A stretch of 64,000 bases of DNA from Candidatus Bathyarchaeia archaeon (GTDB lineage Archaea > Thermoproteota > Bathyarchaeia > 40CM-2-53-6), in assembly GCA_049517415.1 (NCBI GenBank), contig JBEKSC010000007.1:29887-93886 (forward strand). Reading direction: 5' to 3'. The translations under genes and the position numbers were made by a program. Shown piece after piece: positions 1-9,969 of this stretch. Under the pieces are notes generated by a model, which was not told where the DNA came from, did no database searches, and worked only from the letters and a program-made list of their open reading frames with translations. The number at the start of each line of letters is the position of its first letter. Within the stretch, counting starts at the first letter, position 1.

Positions 1-45
1 CCGTGGCGTAGGCCTTCGTGGGTTCGAATCCCACTCCCCGCACCA
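1..45 (+). tRNA. 3' part of tRNA-Leu (5' part outside window); contains attL
   Basis: Long variable arm, T-arm GTGGG-TTCGAAT-CCCAC, acceptor strand TCCCCGC, discriminator A and encoded CCA. Anticodon not visible; Leu inferred from long arm plus A73. Confidence 0.8.
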
Positions 46-120
46 CCTACTCCCACGGATGCAGGCGGACTAGGCAGTGCCGGCTCGGCGTCGGCTAAAG
101 GAGGGGTACCGGTTCCAGCA

Positions 121-368
121 ATTCAGCGGGAGCGCATCCTTCAGCATGTGTGGCATCTGAAGAAGAACGGCTACCGAGAATCCACCATCACAGGCCGCGT
201 GAAGCTGCACAGAAGCCTCGCCAGGCGCGTCAACCTCTTCAACCCCGAGGCCATCAAAGGAACCATGCTCTCCTCAATGTCTCGGAATGGAGGAAGCAGA
301 TGTTATCCTGCGGCTACCTCTGTATCTGTAGACAGTTCAACCTCCCCCTGTCAAAGCTAGCTGATTGA
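121..368 (+). pseudogene. Frameshifted, truncated tyrosine integrase fragment (N-terminal/core-binding region)
   Basis: ERILQHVWHLKKNGYRESTITGRVK..NLFNPEAIKG then frame change to ALLNVSEWRKQMLSCGY..FNLP; resembles TACK archaeal integrase N-terminal region; no catalytic domain follows. Confidence 0.7.
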
Positions 369-579
369 CTCGCAATCGCAAACTTCTGCGAGCGAAGGGT
401 GTGTAATGGCTAATGGTTGCAGATTCGGTGGAAATATTATTACGGCATGGAACGGCCTGCCAAGCTTGGATAGTCGGTTTGTAAAATGGTTGGGCCGGTG
501 TGGTACGAATCTTCGTTACTTTCGGCACTTTTCATGACTACGACGAACTGTGAACGAAATGCGCATGGAGATTGAAGCC

Positions 580-2511
580 TCAGGTCTGATTCTTTTGTTT
601 CCGTAGTAGCAAAATCAAGACTGCGATGACGGCCATTATTATGGCGACAACGAGCCAAACCGGGAGCGCGAATGTCGAACCCGTTGCTATTGTTGACTGG
701 TAGTTGGCTAGGTACGCTCGTACTGCGACTGCTTGATTACCAAGTTGACTCGCTTGAATTGTGAAACTTGCTCGGCCTGTTGAGTCGGTTATTATAGTTG
801 GGAGTTGCTTTCCATTCACGTACGGGGTGAGTGAAGCACCAGCCAGTGGGTTTCCGTGTACGTCCGTCACCGTCACAGTAGCGTGTGAGGAGGTCACGGT
901 TATGGGGGGTTGGGAGAGGCTGAGAATCATTCCAGCAGGTGCAATATTCATGGAGAGAGACACGGACGAGGGTAGGAACCATGCACGGCAACTTGGTCCT
1001 CCCACATAGTAGACTCGAACATTGTAGGCTCCGACATTGTACTTGAGATCCAGTTCAATGAGAGCCCCGCCTGTTTGATTAGTCGTGACTGAGGTTATCT
1101 GCTTCCAATCGCCCTGGTCTTGAAGATCTACCTCGATTGTCTGGCCTGTAATCGGCGCCCCTGTCTGATCCACCAAAACGACTGTTGTCGCCACCTTATC
1201 ATTGTAGGCTGCGGTGATCTGCGTATTCAAGGCATGTAGCTGCGTTGGGAGAATTTGAGCCGTAAGCAGCTGCGTCGTGTATAGCGCCATAATCTTCCCT
1301 GGCGTGCCTAGGAAATTGAGGTAGACACCATTGCTTGAATCATAGAAGTGATCTGCTGGTTCAAAGACTGCACCGTTTAGATCGTCCACGTGATCTTCAC
1401 TTGGAAACAGGGTTCCCGTTTTTGGATTGATTAGCCTCAGGATTCCGTTACCCGTATTCAGGCTCTCGTCGGCGAGGTACACCAAGACCCCGGCCGCGGG
1501 AAGATGTGAATCACAGCCCGACTTGGCGCGGTCCTCGACAAAGTAGTATTGACTCTGCGAGATCGGTATGATCATTGCAGTCGCCTGAGGAGACCCCAAA
1601 GGGTTCAGGGAGATAGAGGATATCGGTAAGTTTGGGTCTCCTACAGTTGGTGTGAGCCAACCAAGCAAGGTTGCTCCCCAACCTCCGATATAGGATGGTG
1701 TGCTCTCAGTTTTGTTGTAGCAACATCGATTTCCATCATCCATCAATGACCAGTATCCAACATAGCTACCCCCGGTAACAGCATCATATAGGTCCGGGAG
1801 ACCAAAAAGGTGGCCCCACTCATGTGCAAACGCCCCAACCCCATTCAATTCCGAAAGAACCGCATAGTCTTCGAACGCCTTTCCCTTGGAGGATACAGGG
1901 TTGACTCCTTCATAGTTCGGGAAGACTGAACAGAAGCATTGCGACCATATCTCATCGGATCTGACATTATATTGATCATCAGCCTGATCCTCCCCCGCAT
2001 GGACGATGACAAGATACTTGAATCCCGTGACATCGACCGAGGGGGGCAGCATGGCGAGCGCGTCAGGAGCCAGAGCTTGCAGGTTGTCGTCGTCACCAGG
2101 GTTCCTACGATCATGCCCATAGTAGCTCATCGTATGGCGAAGTGAGTACCAACCATACACAGCTCCCGTAATGGAGATGTGGCCGTAAGATACTTCGGCG
2201 TAGTAAGCATTGAGCTGCGACATTGCAACGCCCTCAATATCCTGGAGGCTCTTCACATGATGAACATCCTGAAAGTCGACTAGAATTATCAGCGCCTTCT
2301 GTTCACCCATCACAGTATGCGCCCCCGAGAGTATCATGTAGTGATACCTTACAGTAGCCCCTGCCTGAGCGAAAGCGGTGGGAGAGGCGAATGCAATCCA
2401 GAGAATTACCACAAACCCTAGCACAAGCCTGTGTATGTGCACTCTCGTTTCACTATCCCCGTGCGCTGGGCTAACCAGGTTGCTTCTCATGCCCGAGCAT
2501 AATGAAGGCAA
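580..2511 (-). CDS. Secreted, membrane-anchored M6-family (immune inhibitor A-like) metalloprotease with Ig-like C-terminal domains; start uncertain
   Basis: Signal peptide, LIILVDFQD, IVHAGEDQ, HEWGHLFGLPDLYD, WSLMDDG, QYYFVEDR motifs; C-terminal TM plus basic tail. Confidence 0.9.
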   Translation of the reverse strand: MPSLCSGMRSNLVSPAHGDSETRVHIHRLVLGFVVILWIAFASPTAFAQAGATVRYHYMILSGAHTVMGEQKALIILVDFQDVHHVKSLQDIEGVAMSQLNAYYAEVSYGHISITGAVYGWYSLRHTMSYYGHDRRNPGDDDNLQALAPDALAMLPPSVDVTGFKYLVIVHAGEDQADDQYNVRSDEIWSQCFCSVFPNYEGVNPVSSKGKAFEDYAVLSELNGVGAFAHEWGHLFGLPDLYDAVTGGSYVGYWSLMDDGNRCCYNKTESTPSYIGGWGATLLGWLTPTVGDPNLPISSISLNPLGSPQATAMIIPISQSQYYFVEDRAKSGCDSHLPAAGVLVYLADESLNTGNGILRLINPKTGTLFPSEDHVDDLNGAVFEPADHFYDSSNGVYLNFLGTPGKIMALYTTQLLTAQILPTQLHALNTQITAAYNDKVATTVVLVDQTGAPITGQTIEVDLQDQGDWKQITSVTTNQTGGALIELDLKYNVGAYNVRVYYVGGPSCRAWFLPSSVSLSMNIAPAGMILSLSQPPITVTSSHATVTVTDVHGNPLAGASLTPYVNGKQLPTIITDSTGRASFTIQASQLGNQAVAVRAYLANYQSTIATGSTFALPVWLVVAIIMAVIAVLILLLRKQKNQT

Positions 2512-2554
2512 CCATCGCGAGTACTACCGCATCACAGAGAGTTGGTGAGACGGT

Positions 2555-3526
2555 TCATGGCTTTGGGATGGGCTTCGGTTTGCGGCTTCTCGCAAAGATT
2601 ACCGCAACGATTACGACTAGGATGACGAGGAGGCCGACTATGACCAAACCGTTCTGTTGAATCAACCCCACAAAGAAAGCAGCTTGATTGGGTTGAGAGG
2701 AATTGCTGAGGTTCTGGGGTGATGTCGTCTGCGTCTGCCCGCTTACCATCAAGGTGAAATTCGCGTCTCGTTCTCTCCCTCCCCCAGTACCTCTCACTCT
2801 TATTGCGACTTGCCCGGCTGACGCTGATTGTGTCGTCGAGACGGTCAGCAGTGAGTTGTAGGGGGGTTTTCCGGATTGTGGGTCGAATGACGCAGTTATT
2901 CCCGCCGGCATGTTCTTGATGCCTAGCTGAACATGAACTGGTGTTCCAGAGATGAGGTTTACTATCACAACGTACGCTGCGCTTTGACCTGGGGTTACCG
3001 TTCGTTCGGTTGGCGAAACTGATATTGAAAAGTCGAATGGTGCCTGAGTACTAGTTGTTGAGCTCTCTCTCACTGTCCGAGTTGTTGTCCGACTTGTTGA
3101 ACTCCGTACCTGTGTTTGAGTTACCGAAGCGACAACTTCGAAGGTCGCGCCTCCGCCTATCGCTGCTCCACCCAACGGGCCGGGGATTACGATCAAGACT
3201 GTTACAAAGTACTTTCCAGGTGTGCTAATGCCAGGAGCAGCTACATCGTAGCTGTACCCGAAGTATACCCCCATATGCAAGCTTTTCCAGATGTTAGAGC
3301 AGCCGGAGCAGGTTCCGACCTCAACGGTGGCATTGGCCTGGCCCTGAAATTGGGAGTTGACTGTGAAGTGTACGTCGAATGATTGGCCCACGGGCACTGT
3401 TGGCGGAACCACACTGACATCAACTGGTGCAGATGTCGCGACGACCGTGCTGCTCGTTGTTGTGGGGAGAGACGCAACACAGACCAACGAAAGAATCACT
3501 ATTGTTGCCCAATTTTCCGAAGCCAA
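2555..3526 (-). CDS. Cell-surface protein, Ser/Thr-rich with Ig-like domains and C-terminal TM anchor
   Basis: Probable TTG start at 3526 before a signal peptide; FDFSISVSP..VTPGQSAAY Ig-like module; TM plus RSRKPKP tail. Confidence 0.7.
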   Translation of the reverse strand: MASENWATIVILSLVCVASLPTTTSSTVVATSAPVDVSVVPPTVPVGQSFDVHFTVNSQFQGQANATVEVGTCSGCSNIWKSLHMGVYFGYSYDVAAPGISTPGKYFVTVLIVIPGPLGGAAIGGGATFEVVASVTQTQVRSSTSRTTTRTVRESSTTSTQAPFDFSISVSPTERTVTPGQSAAYVVIVNLISGTPVHVQLGIKNMPAGITASFDPQSGKPPYNSLLTVSTTQSASAGQVAIRVRGTGGGRERDANFTLMVSGQTQTTSPQNLSNSSQPNQAAFFVGLIQQNGLVIVGLLVILVVIVAVIFARSRKPKPIPKP

Positions 3527-3636
3527 TTTCCTTTCAACTCCGCAAGATGTGATTACTTTTCCGGATATTCTTCCATCGAATCGAAGAAGCTTCGTGAGCC
3601 CCCAATTTCTGCCTGACCATGAGCCAAACTCTCGGG

Positions 3637-6474
3637 CTATGAGGATGCATCCCAATGACCCACGTGTGAAGCTAGGCGAAGGGAACGATGCGGATTGTTT
3701 CCTGCGATCCAGGCGGATGGGATGAAGGGGCGTGAGGGAATTGGTAGGCAATCTTCCGCTGTGGCCGAGTCCTTGGAAAACATCGAGGATAGCGGTGATA
3801 TGAGTGACTGGGGGTTCCGGGATGTAACAGTAACAGTCGCGGGTTTGTCATGCAGCGGAGCCTGACATCGGAGGGTGAGACCTAGGGTCTTGTCGCCCGG
3901 CACGGAGCCTTCATATGCAGTCAGGGTGATGGTTACTTGAGTGGACGTGTTCAATGTGCAGTATGGTCCGGCTTGAAAAGTGGCGGAAACTGGGCAGCCA
4001 TTACTGCAGTCCTGGTTGGAGAGACTGCCGGAGCCGATTGTCGTCGGGCTGTTAGAACCGGAAGCAACAGTCCACGCATACTTGTTTACCTTACCCTCAC
4101 CCCTACTCTTTATGGATCCGACGAGTTGAGTGGTCGATGTAGAGTATTGCAGCTGCGCGGAATCAGGTTGATCAATTGTGACTTCTGGCCCTGGATTTTC
4201 CCCTGGATTTAGAGGTTTTACGTTAACTTGAACGCTCTGGGTGGCTTGGTATCCGTTAGTGCCCGTGGCGGTGAGCGTGATCACCCACACCCCGTCGCTT
4301 GGAACGGACTCTAATGTGGCTGCGCACCAACCAGACGATTGGGTTGGCTTAAAGGTTTGAACATTAGAGGGTTCAGCTTCCGGATAGATAGTGAAAACTA
4401 GTTGATTGCAAGGGAGACCGGTCACCCCGACACTGGCATCTCCTTCCATGTTGATCGCGTCAGTTACGTAGATCGTATCCGTTGCGGTGGGGCTAATGAT
4501 GTATGCCTTCGGTTTTGCAACGGTAACGACCACGTGCACCGTCGCGCTTGAAATTGCACCCTCACTGTCCGTCGCGGTGAAAACTATGTGATAATCTCCA
4601 TCACGTTTGAAGGTCTCCCCGGGGAGACTGCAGCCGTTACCAAGTTTGCCGTCCTCATCCGTCCAGACCAGATTAGCGGGGGACAAGCCGCAGAGGTCAC
4701 CGTCCTGAGGAGAGACGGCTGTGGCCTTGAAGCCTGCAGCCGCTACGCCCGACGAAACATCCATAGCCTGTTCTGGTTGAGGGTATAGGATCGCGACTAC
4801 GGGCGGGAATATTGTTCCTTCGAACAGCAGCTCAGGGCCGAGTAATGGCTCCGGTCCCCATGACCATTGGCCAATATTCCATGTAAACAAACCCCAAAGG
4901 ACGCTTAAGCTCAGCCCTATTCCTGCGTATGCATCGACCCCCCAGTTAACCCACCAGCTGGGATTACGTGGGATCAATGAATTCACTTGCATGAAGAAAT
5001 CAGCTGACAGGGATCCCCAGGCCGACGCGTAAATCAGCCCTCCTAGGCCACCGTTTATGGCAATTTGGAAATTAGGTCCAATTTCCACCTTAGCATCTGA
5101 ACCGGACCCTGGAGTGACTGGATTGGCGCTATGGTCACCAGCCGGCGCAGTCCAACTGTTGTACATAAACCATCCCCCACATTGTTCATGTGGATCCGTA
5201 CCAGGACAGCCATCCATCGTGTCATATGTCGGACCGACCTCATAACCGAAATTCTGGTTCTGGACCTGCAAATTGATTTTCTGGCTAAGGGTTCCGCTGG
5301 CTCTCCCTTCCATGAAGACATTAATGCTAAGCCAGACGAGATCATCGAAGATTAGGATCTGATCTTGGTAAAGGGTCCCCAGATTATTGTCCGTTGTACA
5401 TGCGCACCAGTTCAAGCTGGTTCCCGCATTTCCAGTTAGCGAAACATCTTCATCTACAACGAATCCCAAATGTATCCTGAAGTAGTCGAGACCGTTGCTC
5501 CAAGTGAAGTGAATGCCGGGAGTGATCCCAACCGCGAAGTTCCCACTAGCGGAGAAGGTGTCTCCACTCCCGATATCTACTGGACTGGAGGTCCCGAATG
5601 GCCCGCTGAAGAGTGAATACCAATCATAGTACCAATAATCCGGAACAATGGAGGACATTTTTGAATACTGAGAAGACCCACGAGATTTGGATGATGAGTG
5701 TGCAGTAAAGTTCATCGCACTGTTGCCCAAGTTGAGCGCCTGAAATTCATCAAATAGGCTGGCCTGAACCGTTTCCACAACGACTTTACTTCCTTTACGG
5801 ATTACGGAGAGCACGCTGCGCATCAAACCTTGTCTTGCCAGTTGAGTTTTCTTCGGAGGAACGATTATTACATCGCCTCGAGCGAGGCCATGTAACTCTG
5901 GAGTCATGGTAGAGAATACGAAGGTGCCGTTGGAGTAGCTTGTGAGCGCGTTCAGTGTTTCACTTGGAAGAATCTTCGTAGTATCATAGACAATCGCTGA
6001 TCCGGATCTCTCCGTTATGTTTCTTACGCCTACAACCTTCATGTCGAGGAGAGCGAACTGGTCAACGACACCAGCTGATGACGCTCGCACCGTCAAATTC
6101 AGCTCAGTCTTAGGCGCATCCTTCGAAGCAAAAACCTCGAAGGTACTATTCGAAACCGTTGGCCCAATGGTGGCAGGTTTGTAGGCCACCCAGTTCGGAG
6201 GATTCACAACGTCAACTGTAATCACGCCAGAAAAACTAGTTGAGCGTTGTACGAACGCGATTATCTTCTTCCCTTCAGCCGCTGCGACATGAAAGAACGG
6301 CGGTGCCACGAAAAATGCGAACTTGATCGGCTGCGTCGTGGCCGTCCCAACTGGGCCTGTGGTAGCCGTACTTACGGCGCTAGGATGCTGCTGAAAGAAC
6401 AGCCAGTACGACGTCCCACTTGCCAGGATCAGTATAAGCAGAGCCAGAAGGGCCGTTCGAGTCTTCAAACGCAT
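3637..6474 (-). CDS. Large N-terminally anchored extracellular protein with several PKD/Ig-like domains
   Basis: ~945 aa ORF; N-terminal TM; beta-rich; PKD-like motifs (GDYHIVFTATDSEG, GVWVITLTATGTNG); paired Cys. Confidence 0.7.
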   Translation of the reverse strand: MRLKTRTALLALLILILASGTSYWLFFQQHPSAVSTATTGPVGTATTQPIKFAFFVAPPFFHVAAAEGKKIIAFVQRSTSFSGVITVDVVNPPNWVAYKPATIGPTVSNSTFEVFASKDAPKTELNLTVRASSAGVVDQFALLDMKVVGVRNITERSGSAIVYDTTKILPSETLNALTSYSNGTFVFSTMTPELHGLARGDVIIVPPKKTQLARQGLMRSVLSVIRKGSKVVVETVQASLFDEFQALNLGNSAMNFTAHSSSKSRGSSQYSKMSSIVPDYWYYDWYSLFSGPFGTSSPVDIGSGDTFSASGNFAVGITPGIHFTWSNGLDYFRIHLGFVVDEDVSLTGNAGTSLNWCACTTDNNLGTLYQDQILIFDDLVWLSINVFMEGRASGTLSQKINLQVQNQNFGYEVGPTYDTMDGCPGTDPHEQCGGWFMYNSWTAPAGDHSANPVTPGSGSDAKVEIGPNFQIAINGGLGGLIYASAWGSLSADFFMQVNSLIPRNPSWWVNWGVDAYAGIGLSLSVLWGLFTWNIGQWSWGPEPLLGPELLFEGTIFPPVVAILYPQPEQAMDVSSGVAAAGFKATAVSPQDGDLCGLSPANLVWTDEDGKLGNGCSLPGETFKRDGDYHIVFTATDSEGAISSATVHVVVTVAKPKAYIISPTATDTIYVTDAINMEGDASVGVTGLPCNQLVFTIYPEAEPSNVQTFKPTQSSGWCAATLESVPSDGVWVITLTATGTNGYQATQSVQVNVKPLNPGENPGPEVTIDQPDSAQLQYSTSTTQLVGSIKSRGEGKVNKYAWTVASGSNSPTTIGSGSLSNQDCSNGCPVSATFQAGPYCTLNTSTQVTITLTAYEGSVPGDKTLGLTLRCQAPLHDKPATVTVTSRNPQSLISPLSSMFSKDSATAEDCLPIPSRPFIPSAWIAGNNPHRSLRLASHVGHWDASS

Positions 6475-6853
6475 CCTTTTTCGGGTCGGAGTCTCTGATC
6501 CTACACTGGAAGGATCCATAACCCGACCTCACCTCTCTGAACGATATCTGCCACTCGTGTGCCCGGCATGAAATCGGCAGTTGCAACCACCACTAAGGAG
6601 CTCGCGACGGCTCTCTCAAGATTACGACCGGAAAATCTCAACGAGAGAACTCCAAGCACTAACGTGCGATTTGCGCCTATAACGCTTTGCATACGTACGC
6701 TACATACGTACTCTATCCATATCTACGACCTAGTTTCAGCGATGAGAAGCTTCAATGGTCTCTTCCGAGGACTCAGAACTCGACTAGCCCATTATAGCCT
6801 GTAGACGATGATAGGCCAGCGTTATGCGAGGTGCCATGCGACCCAAATGCGAG

Positions 6854-7141
6854 CTAATCAGCGAGGCCGAATTGCTTCAGTACCTCGAGAACTCTCTTGT
6901 ACTGTGATACGAAAGCTCTGCCTTTGGCAGTGCTGCCTAAGGCGCTGCTGTGCTTGAGAAGCCTGAGTTGCTCCATTTCTCGGAGATGCCGCCGCAAGCG
7001 GTCGGACGGAAGGTTAACTTCGTTCTGAACCCTCGTAATCCTCGTATACCCTTTCTTTTCTTGGCTGATTATTGAGCAGAGAATATCATAGTAAATTCTC
7101 TCACGGTTGCGTCCGCGGGTCTTGAACTCGTCCTTAGCCAA
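6854..7141 (-). CDS. Archaeal winged-helix transcriptional regulator (HTH_45-like)
   Basis: RNRERIYYDIL..TRITRVQNEVNL..L..HL..M..LL...T.KG..F pattern. Confidence 0.8.
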   Translation of the reverse strand: MAKDEFKTRGRNRERIYYDILCSIISQEKKGYTRITRVQNEVNLPSDRLRRHLREMEQLRLLKHSSALGSTAKGRAFVSQYKRVLEVLKQFGLAD

Positions 7142-7147
7142 GTCGGG

Positions 7148-7565
7148 TTAGCCTTTTCGGAATCCCTTAGTTAGAGCAACTGCCAGTGTTACCAGTCCAG
7201 CCAGTTGCATTACATGTGCGAGAACCAGTGACGACAACCCTCTGTCAAGGGCCCAGAGCAAGAGGCTGTACTCATTCCCAGCTAGAAAAACGAAGCCGGA
7301 CAGTACCATGGCTCCAACCTCATGCCGCTCGCCTTTAAGGGCTTGGTACAAGCTAAACAGTATGTACGCCAGCAAGGCCAAGTTTGTGATTCGGAACAGC
7401 TCATCCACAGTACGGTACGATGGAACAACCATCCGGGATGGAACAAGAATCGTCACAACAACAATAACCGCGAGGACGATGAGCAGGGAAAAAAGCCATA
7501 CGGACGCTCGTCCCACCGACCTCCACAAGCTTCTCCTCTTCAAGGCGTATGTTCGATCGATACCA
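7148..7565 (-). pseudogene. Multi-pass membrane protein, apparently 5'-truncated at attR
   Basis: Four hydrophobic helices; the frame runs into the att copy, so the apparent N-terminus MVRGVGFEPT is antisense tRNA sequence. Confidence 0.5.
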
Positions 7566-7593
7566 GTGGGTTCGAATCCCACTCCCCGCACCA
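7566..7593 (+). repeat. attR: duplicated tRNA-Leu 3' end
   Basis: 28/28 identical to 18-45. Confidence 0.92.
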
Positions 7594-7650
7594 TAAAATT
7601 AATTCGACGAAATCGGGAGAGCTTCCTCACGCCAAGTAAACGGGGTAAGT

Positions 7651-8286
7651 TCAGCGATCCCGTACTTCAATAATCAACTCTCCCGCCTCTTTAACTACAA
7701 AAACCAAAATCACGAACGTCGCTAGATAATCAATCCCTGAAATTCTCCAAACATAGTTAATTGCAAGACCGGAAAGTAGCGCCGCAGACATCCAGAAGCA
7801 AGTAGCCGACTCCACAGCGTCAATCGTCAGCGGCAAGCAATCAGCAGCTATGCCAATCCGTTTCTTCTCAAACCACAATACCGGCATAATCACGACTGCC
7901 GCAATGGCAACAGCGATACCCAACAGTGAGGGTTCGGGTTTGATGCCGTTAAGGAAAGAGTAGATCGCTGCAAGCCCGATCAAGGGTATTAACGAAAGGA
8001 GAAGCAACGTTCTGACCCATTCAGCTCGCTTACTCTCGACGTGAGCAGTTGAGCTTGATCTCCCCTTCAAGCTGGTCCTCAGATATTGTATCACGGCAAA
8101 CGATGACAGTAATTCAATTAGACTGTCGCCTCCGAAGGCAAGAAGGGCGAGGCTCCAAGCGGCCATACCAGAATAAATGGCGGCAGCACATTCCACTGTC
8201 ATCCATAATACGCTAACATACTCTACGAACAATCCCCGTTGCAGAAGTTTTGCGTCTGTTACCATTCTCCCACGGCCAACTTCCAT
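7651..8286 (-). CDS. Cation efflux (CDF) family transporter, TM domain only
   Basis: SLALLAFGGDSLIELLSS and LTIDAVESATC motifs; 6 TM. Confidence 0.85.
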   Translation of the reverse strand: MEVGRGRMVTDAKLLQRGLFVEYVSVLWMTVECAAAIYSGMAAWSLALLAFGGDSLIELLSSFAVIQYLRTSLKGRSSSTAHVESKRAEWVRTLLLLSLIPLIGLAAIYSFLNGIKPEPSLLGIAVAIAAVVIMPVLWFEKKRIGIAADCLPLTIDAVESATCFWMSAALLSGLAINYVWRISGIDYLATFVILVFVVKEAGELIIEVRDR

Positions 8287-8366
8287 CAGCCTTGCTCACG
8301 CAGGTAAAGTCCAATCCAGTGAATAATCGAAACCTCAGCGAAACTTTTCGTTCCGTAAACAGTCAC

Positions 8367-9641
8367 TCATAGTGTGAGAACTAAGATGTAGATGTTAAAT
8401 GCAATAATAATTCCGCAGAAGAGGAGTGCTATTGCTGTGAGTGATTTTCGGTTGACGAAGTTACCCATCAACTTCCTATCCATCGTGAAGATTATCAGCG
8501 GAATCAGAGGGAGGGGTATTAAGAAGCTTAGGACGACTTGGCTGTAGACTAGAAGGGTCAGCGGATTAAATCCCAACAGGATCATTACCGTTGTGGGTGC
8601 GACATTGATGACTCGGATTATGATCCTTCTGACCCATGGATTGATGTGGCTTCCTAACATGCCTTCGAGTATAGCCTGGCCAGCCAGAACTCCACAACAA
8701 GAAGATGACCAACCAGAGCATAGGAGGGTTATAGCGAAAACAGTACCGGCTAAAAAGCCGAAGAGGGGCAGCAGCGTCCAATATGCCTGCTGAATCGTGG
8801 CCACTAGGATTCCGCGCGTGTTGAAGGCCGCAGATGCCATGATCAAGATCGCCGCATTAACGCACCCAGCCATGGTTAGCATGGATAGAGTCTCATTCCG
8901 ATGATACCCAAGCAATCTTTTCCTTTCTTTCAAATCTCCTTCCTGAAGTTTATTCTTGGCCAGATAGGAGTGCAATACGAGGGCATGCGGCATGACAGTT
9001 GCGCCAATAACACCAACGCAAATCACTGCTGCATTCGTGCCCGGAATCAATGGAAGAATCGAGCCCACCGCAATCGGAATCGCGTTCGGTTTGGTTATGA
9101 AGACCTCGTAAAGATACCCTAAGCCAATTACGGTGACAAAATTTGCTATGATGAGCTCCATTCTCCGGAACTTATTGCCCGTCAGAAAGAATATGACGAT
9201 AATGTCAAAGGCGGATATGAACGCCGCTATGATTAGCGGGATGCCGAAGAGCAGATACAGGCCAATTGTGACGCCGAGAAATTCCGCTAGGTCCGTAAAT
9301 ACAGCGAAGATTTCGCAAGCCAGCCAGTAAGGTACGATCTTCCATCGGGTCCTCAACTTCCCGCGAATGATCTCAGCGAGAGAAAGACTAGTCGCAAGGC
9401 CCAGCTTACCGGAAAGGTATTGGAGAACCATAGCCATTATGTTCGCAAGCCAAACGACCCAAAGAAGTTGGTAAGCGTACTGTGCTCCGCCTGCAATATC
9501 GGTCCCAAAATTCCCCGGATCAATGTAAGCCGTACTAACAATCAGAGCTGGACCGATATAGCGAATGAAACCAGTTGCCGCGGAACCCCTCAAAGCGGCT
9601 CTAACCGTACGTAGCCTAGACGGAAGTGCTAATCCCAGCAT
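8367..9641 (-). CDS. mntH: Nramp family Mn2+/Fe2+ transporter
   Basis: AYIDPGNF and GATVMPH signature motifs; probable ATG at 9641. Confidence 0.93.
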   Translation of the reverse strand: MLGLALPSRLRTVRAALRGSAATGFIRYIGPALIVSTAYIDPGNFGTDIAGGAQYAYQLLWVVWLANIMAMVLQYLSGKLGLATSLSLAEIIRGKLRTRWKIVPYWLACEIFAVFTDLAEFLGVTIGLYLLFGIPLIIAAFISAFDIIVIFFLTGNKFRRMELIIANFVTVIGLGYLYEVFITKPNAIPIAVGSILPLIPGTNAAVICVGVIGATVMPHALVLHSYLAKNKLQEGDLKERKRLLGYHRNETLSMLTMAGCVNAAILIMASAAFNTRGILVATIQQAYWTLLPLFGFLAGTVFAITLLCSGWSSSCCGVLAGQAILEGMLGSHINPWVRRIIIRVINVAPTTVMILLGFNPLTLLVYSQVVLSFLIPLPLIPLIIFTMDRKLMGNFVNRKSLTAIALLFCGIIIAFNIYILVLTL

Positions 9642-9969
9642 AGAACGCCCCTTCGGATGACCGGACTCGAATGGAACACGTATAAGAGTTAGTTTCACCT
9701 AACATTTAAAGGCTAAGCTATGATGCTGTAAACCAGCAGATCCGTGAGGCAGAGTTTCGGCCGGCATACGATTAGTTGAAAGACCCGGCAGAATGTTTTT
9801 GTCTGCAACATTGGCGTCGATCAGGAACTTGAAACAGTATCCGCTCGCTAAGGGATAGAGTGGTGCATTTAGGCTTCGAGAATTCTGCCGGCCTAGATTT
9901 CGCTGGATCCCATCGGAAAAGCGTATATCACCTGCGTAATTCCCGTGGTTGTTGTGGGCGGTTCTCCCA

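Larger units (their letters stand above)
18..7593. mobile_element. Decayed tRNA-integrated genomic island
   Basis: Exact 28-bp direct repeat GTGGGTTCGAATCCCACTCCCCGCACCA at 18-45 and 7566-7593; integrase remnant next to the left copy. Confidence 0.85.

Noticed and set aside
6690..6711. CATACGTAC direct repeat
   Set aside because: Only two 9-bp copies with no other support.
7566..7630. N-terminus MRKLSRFRRINFMVRGVGFEPT of ORF 7148-7630
   Set aside because: Includes the antisense translation of the duplicated tRNA end; not a credible native N-terminus.
9642..9960. Mn-sensing yybP-ykoY riboswitch upstream of mntH
   Set aside because: Conserved core sequence not found.
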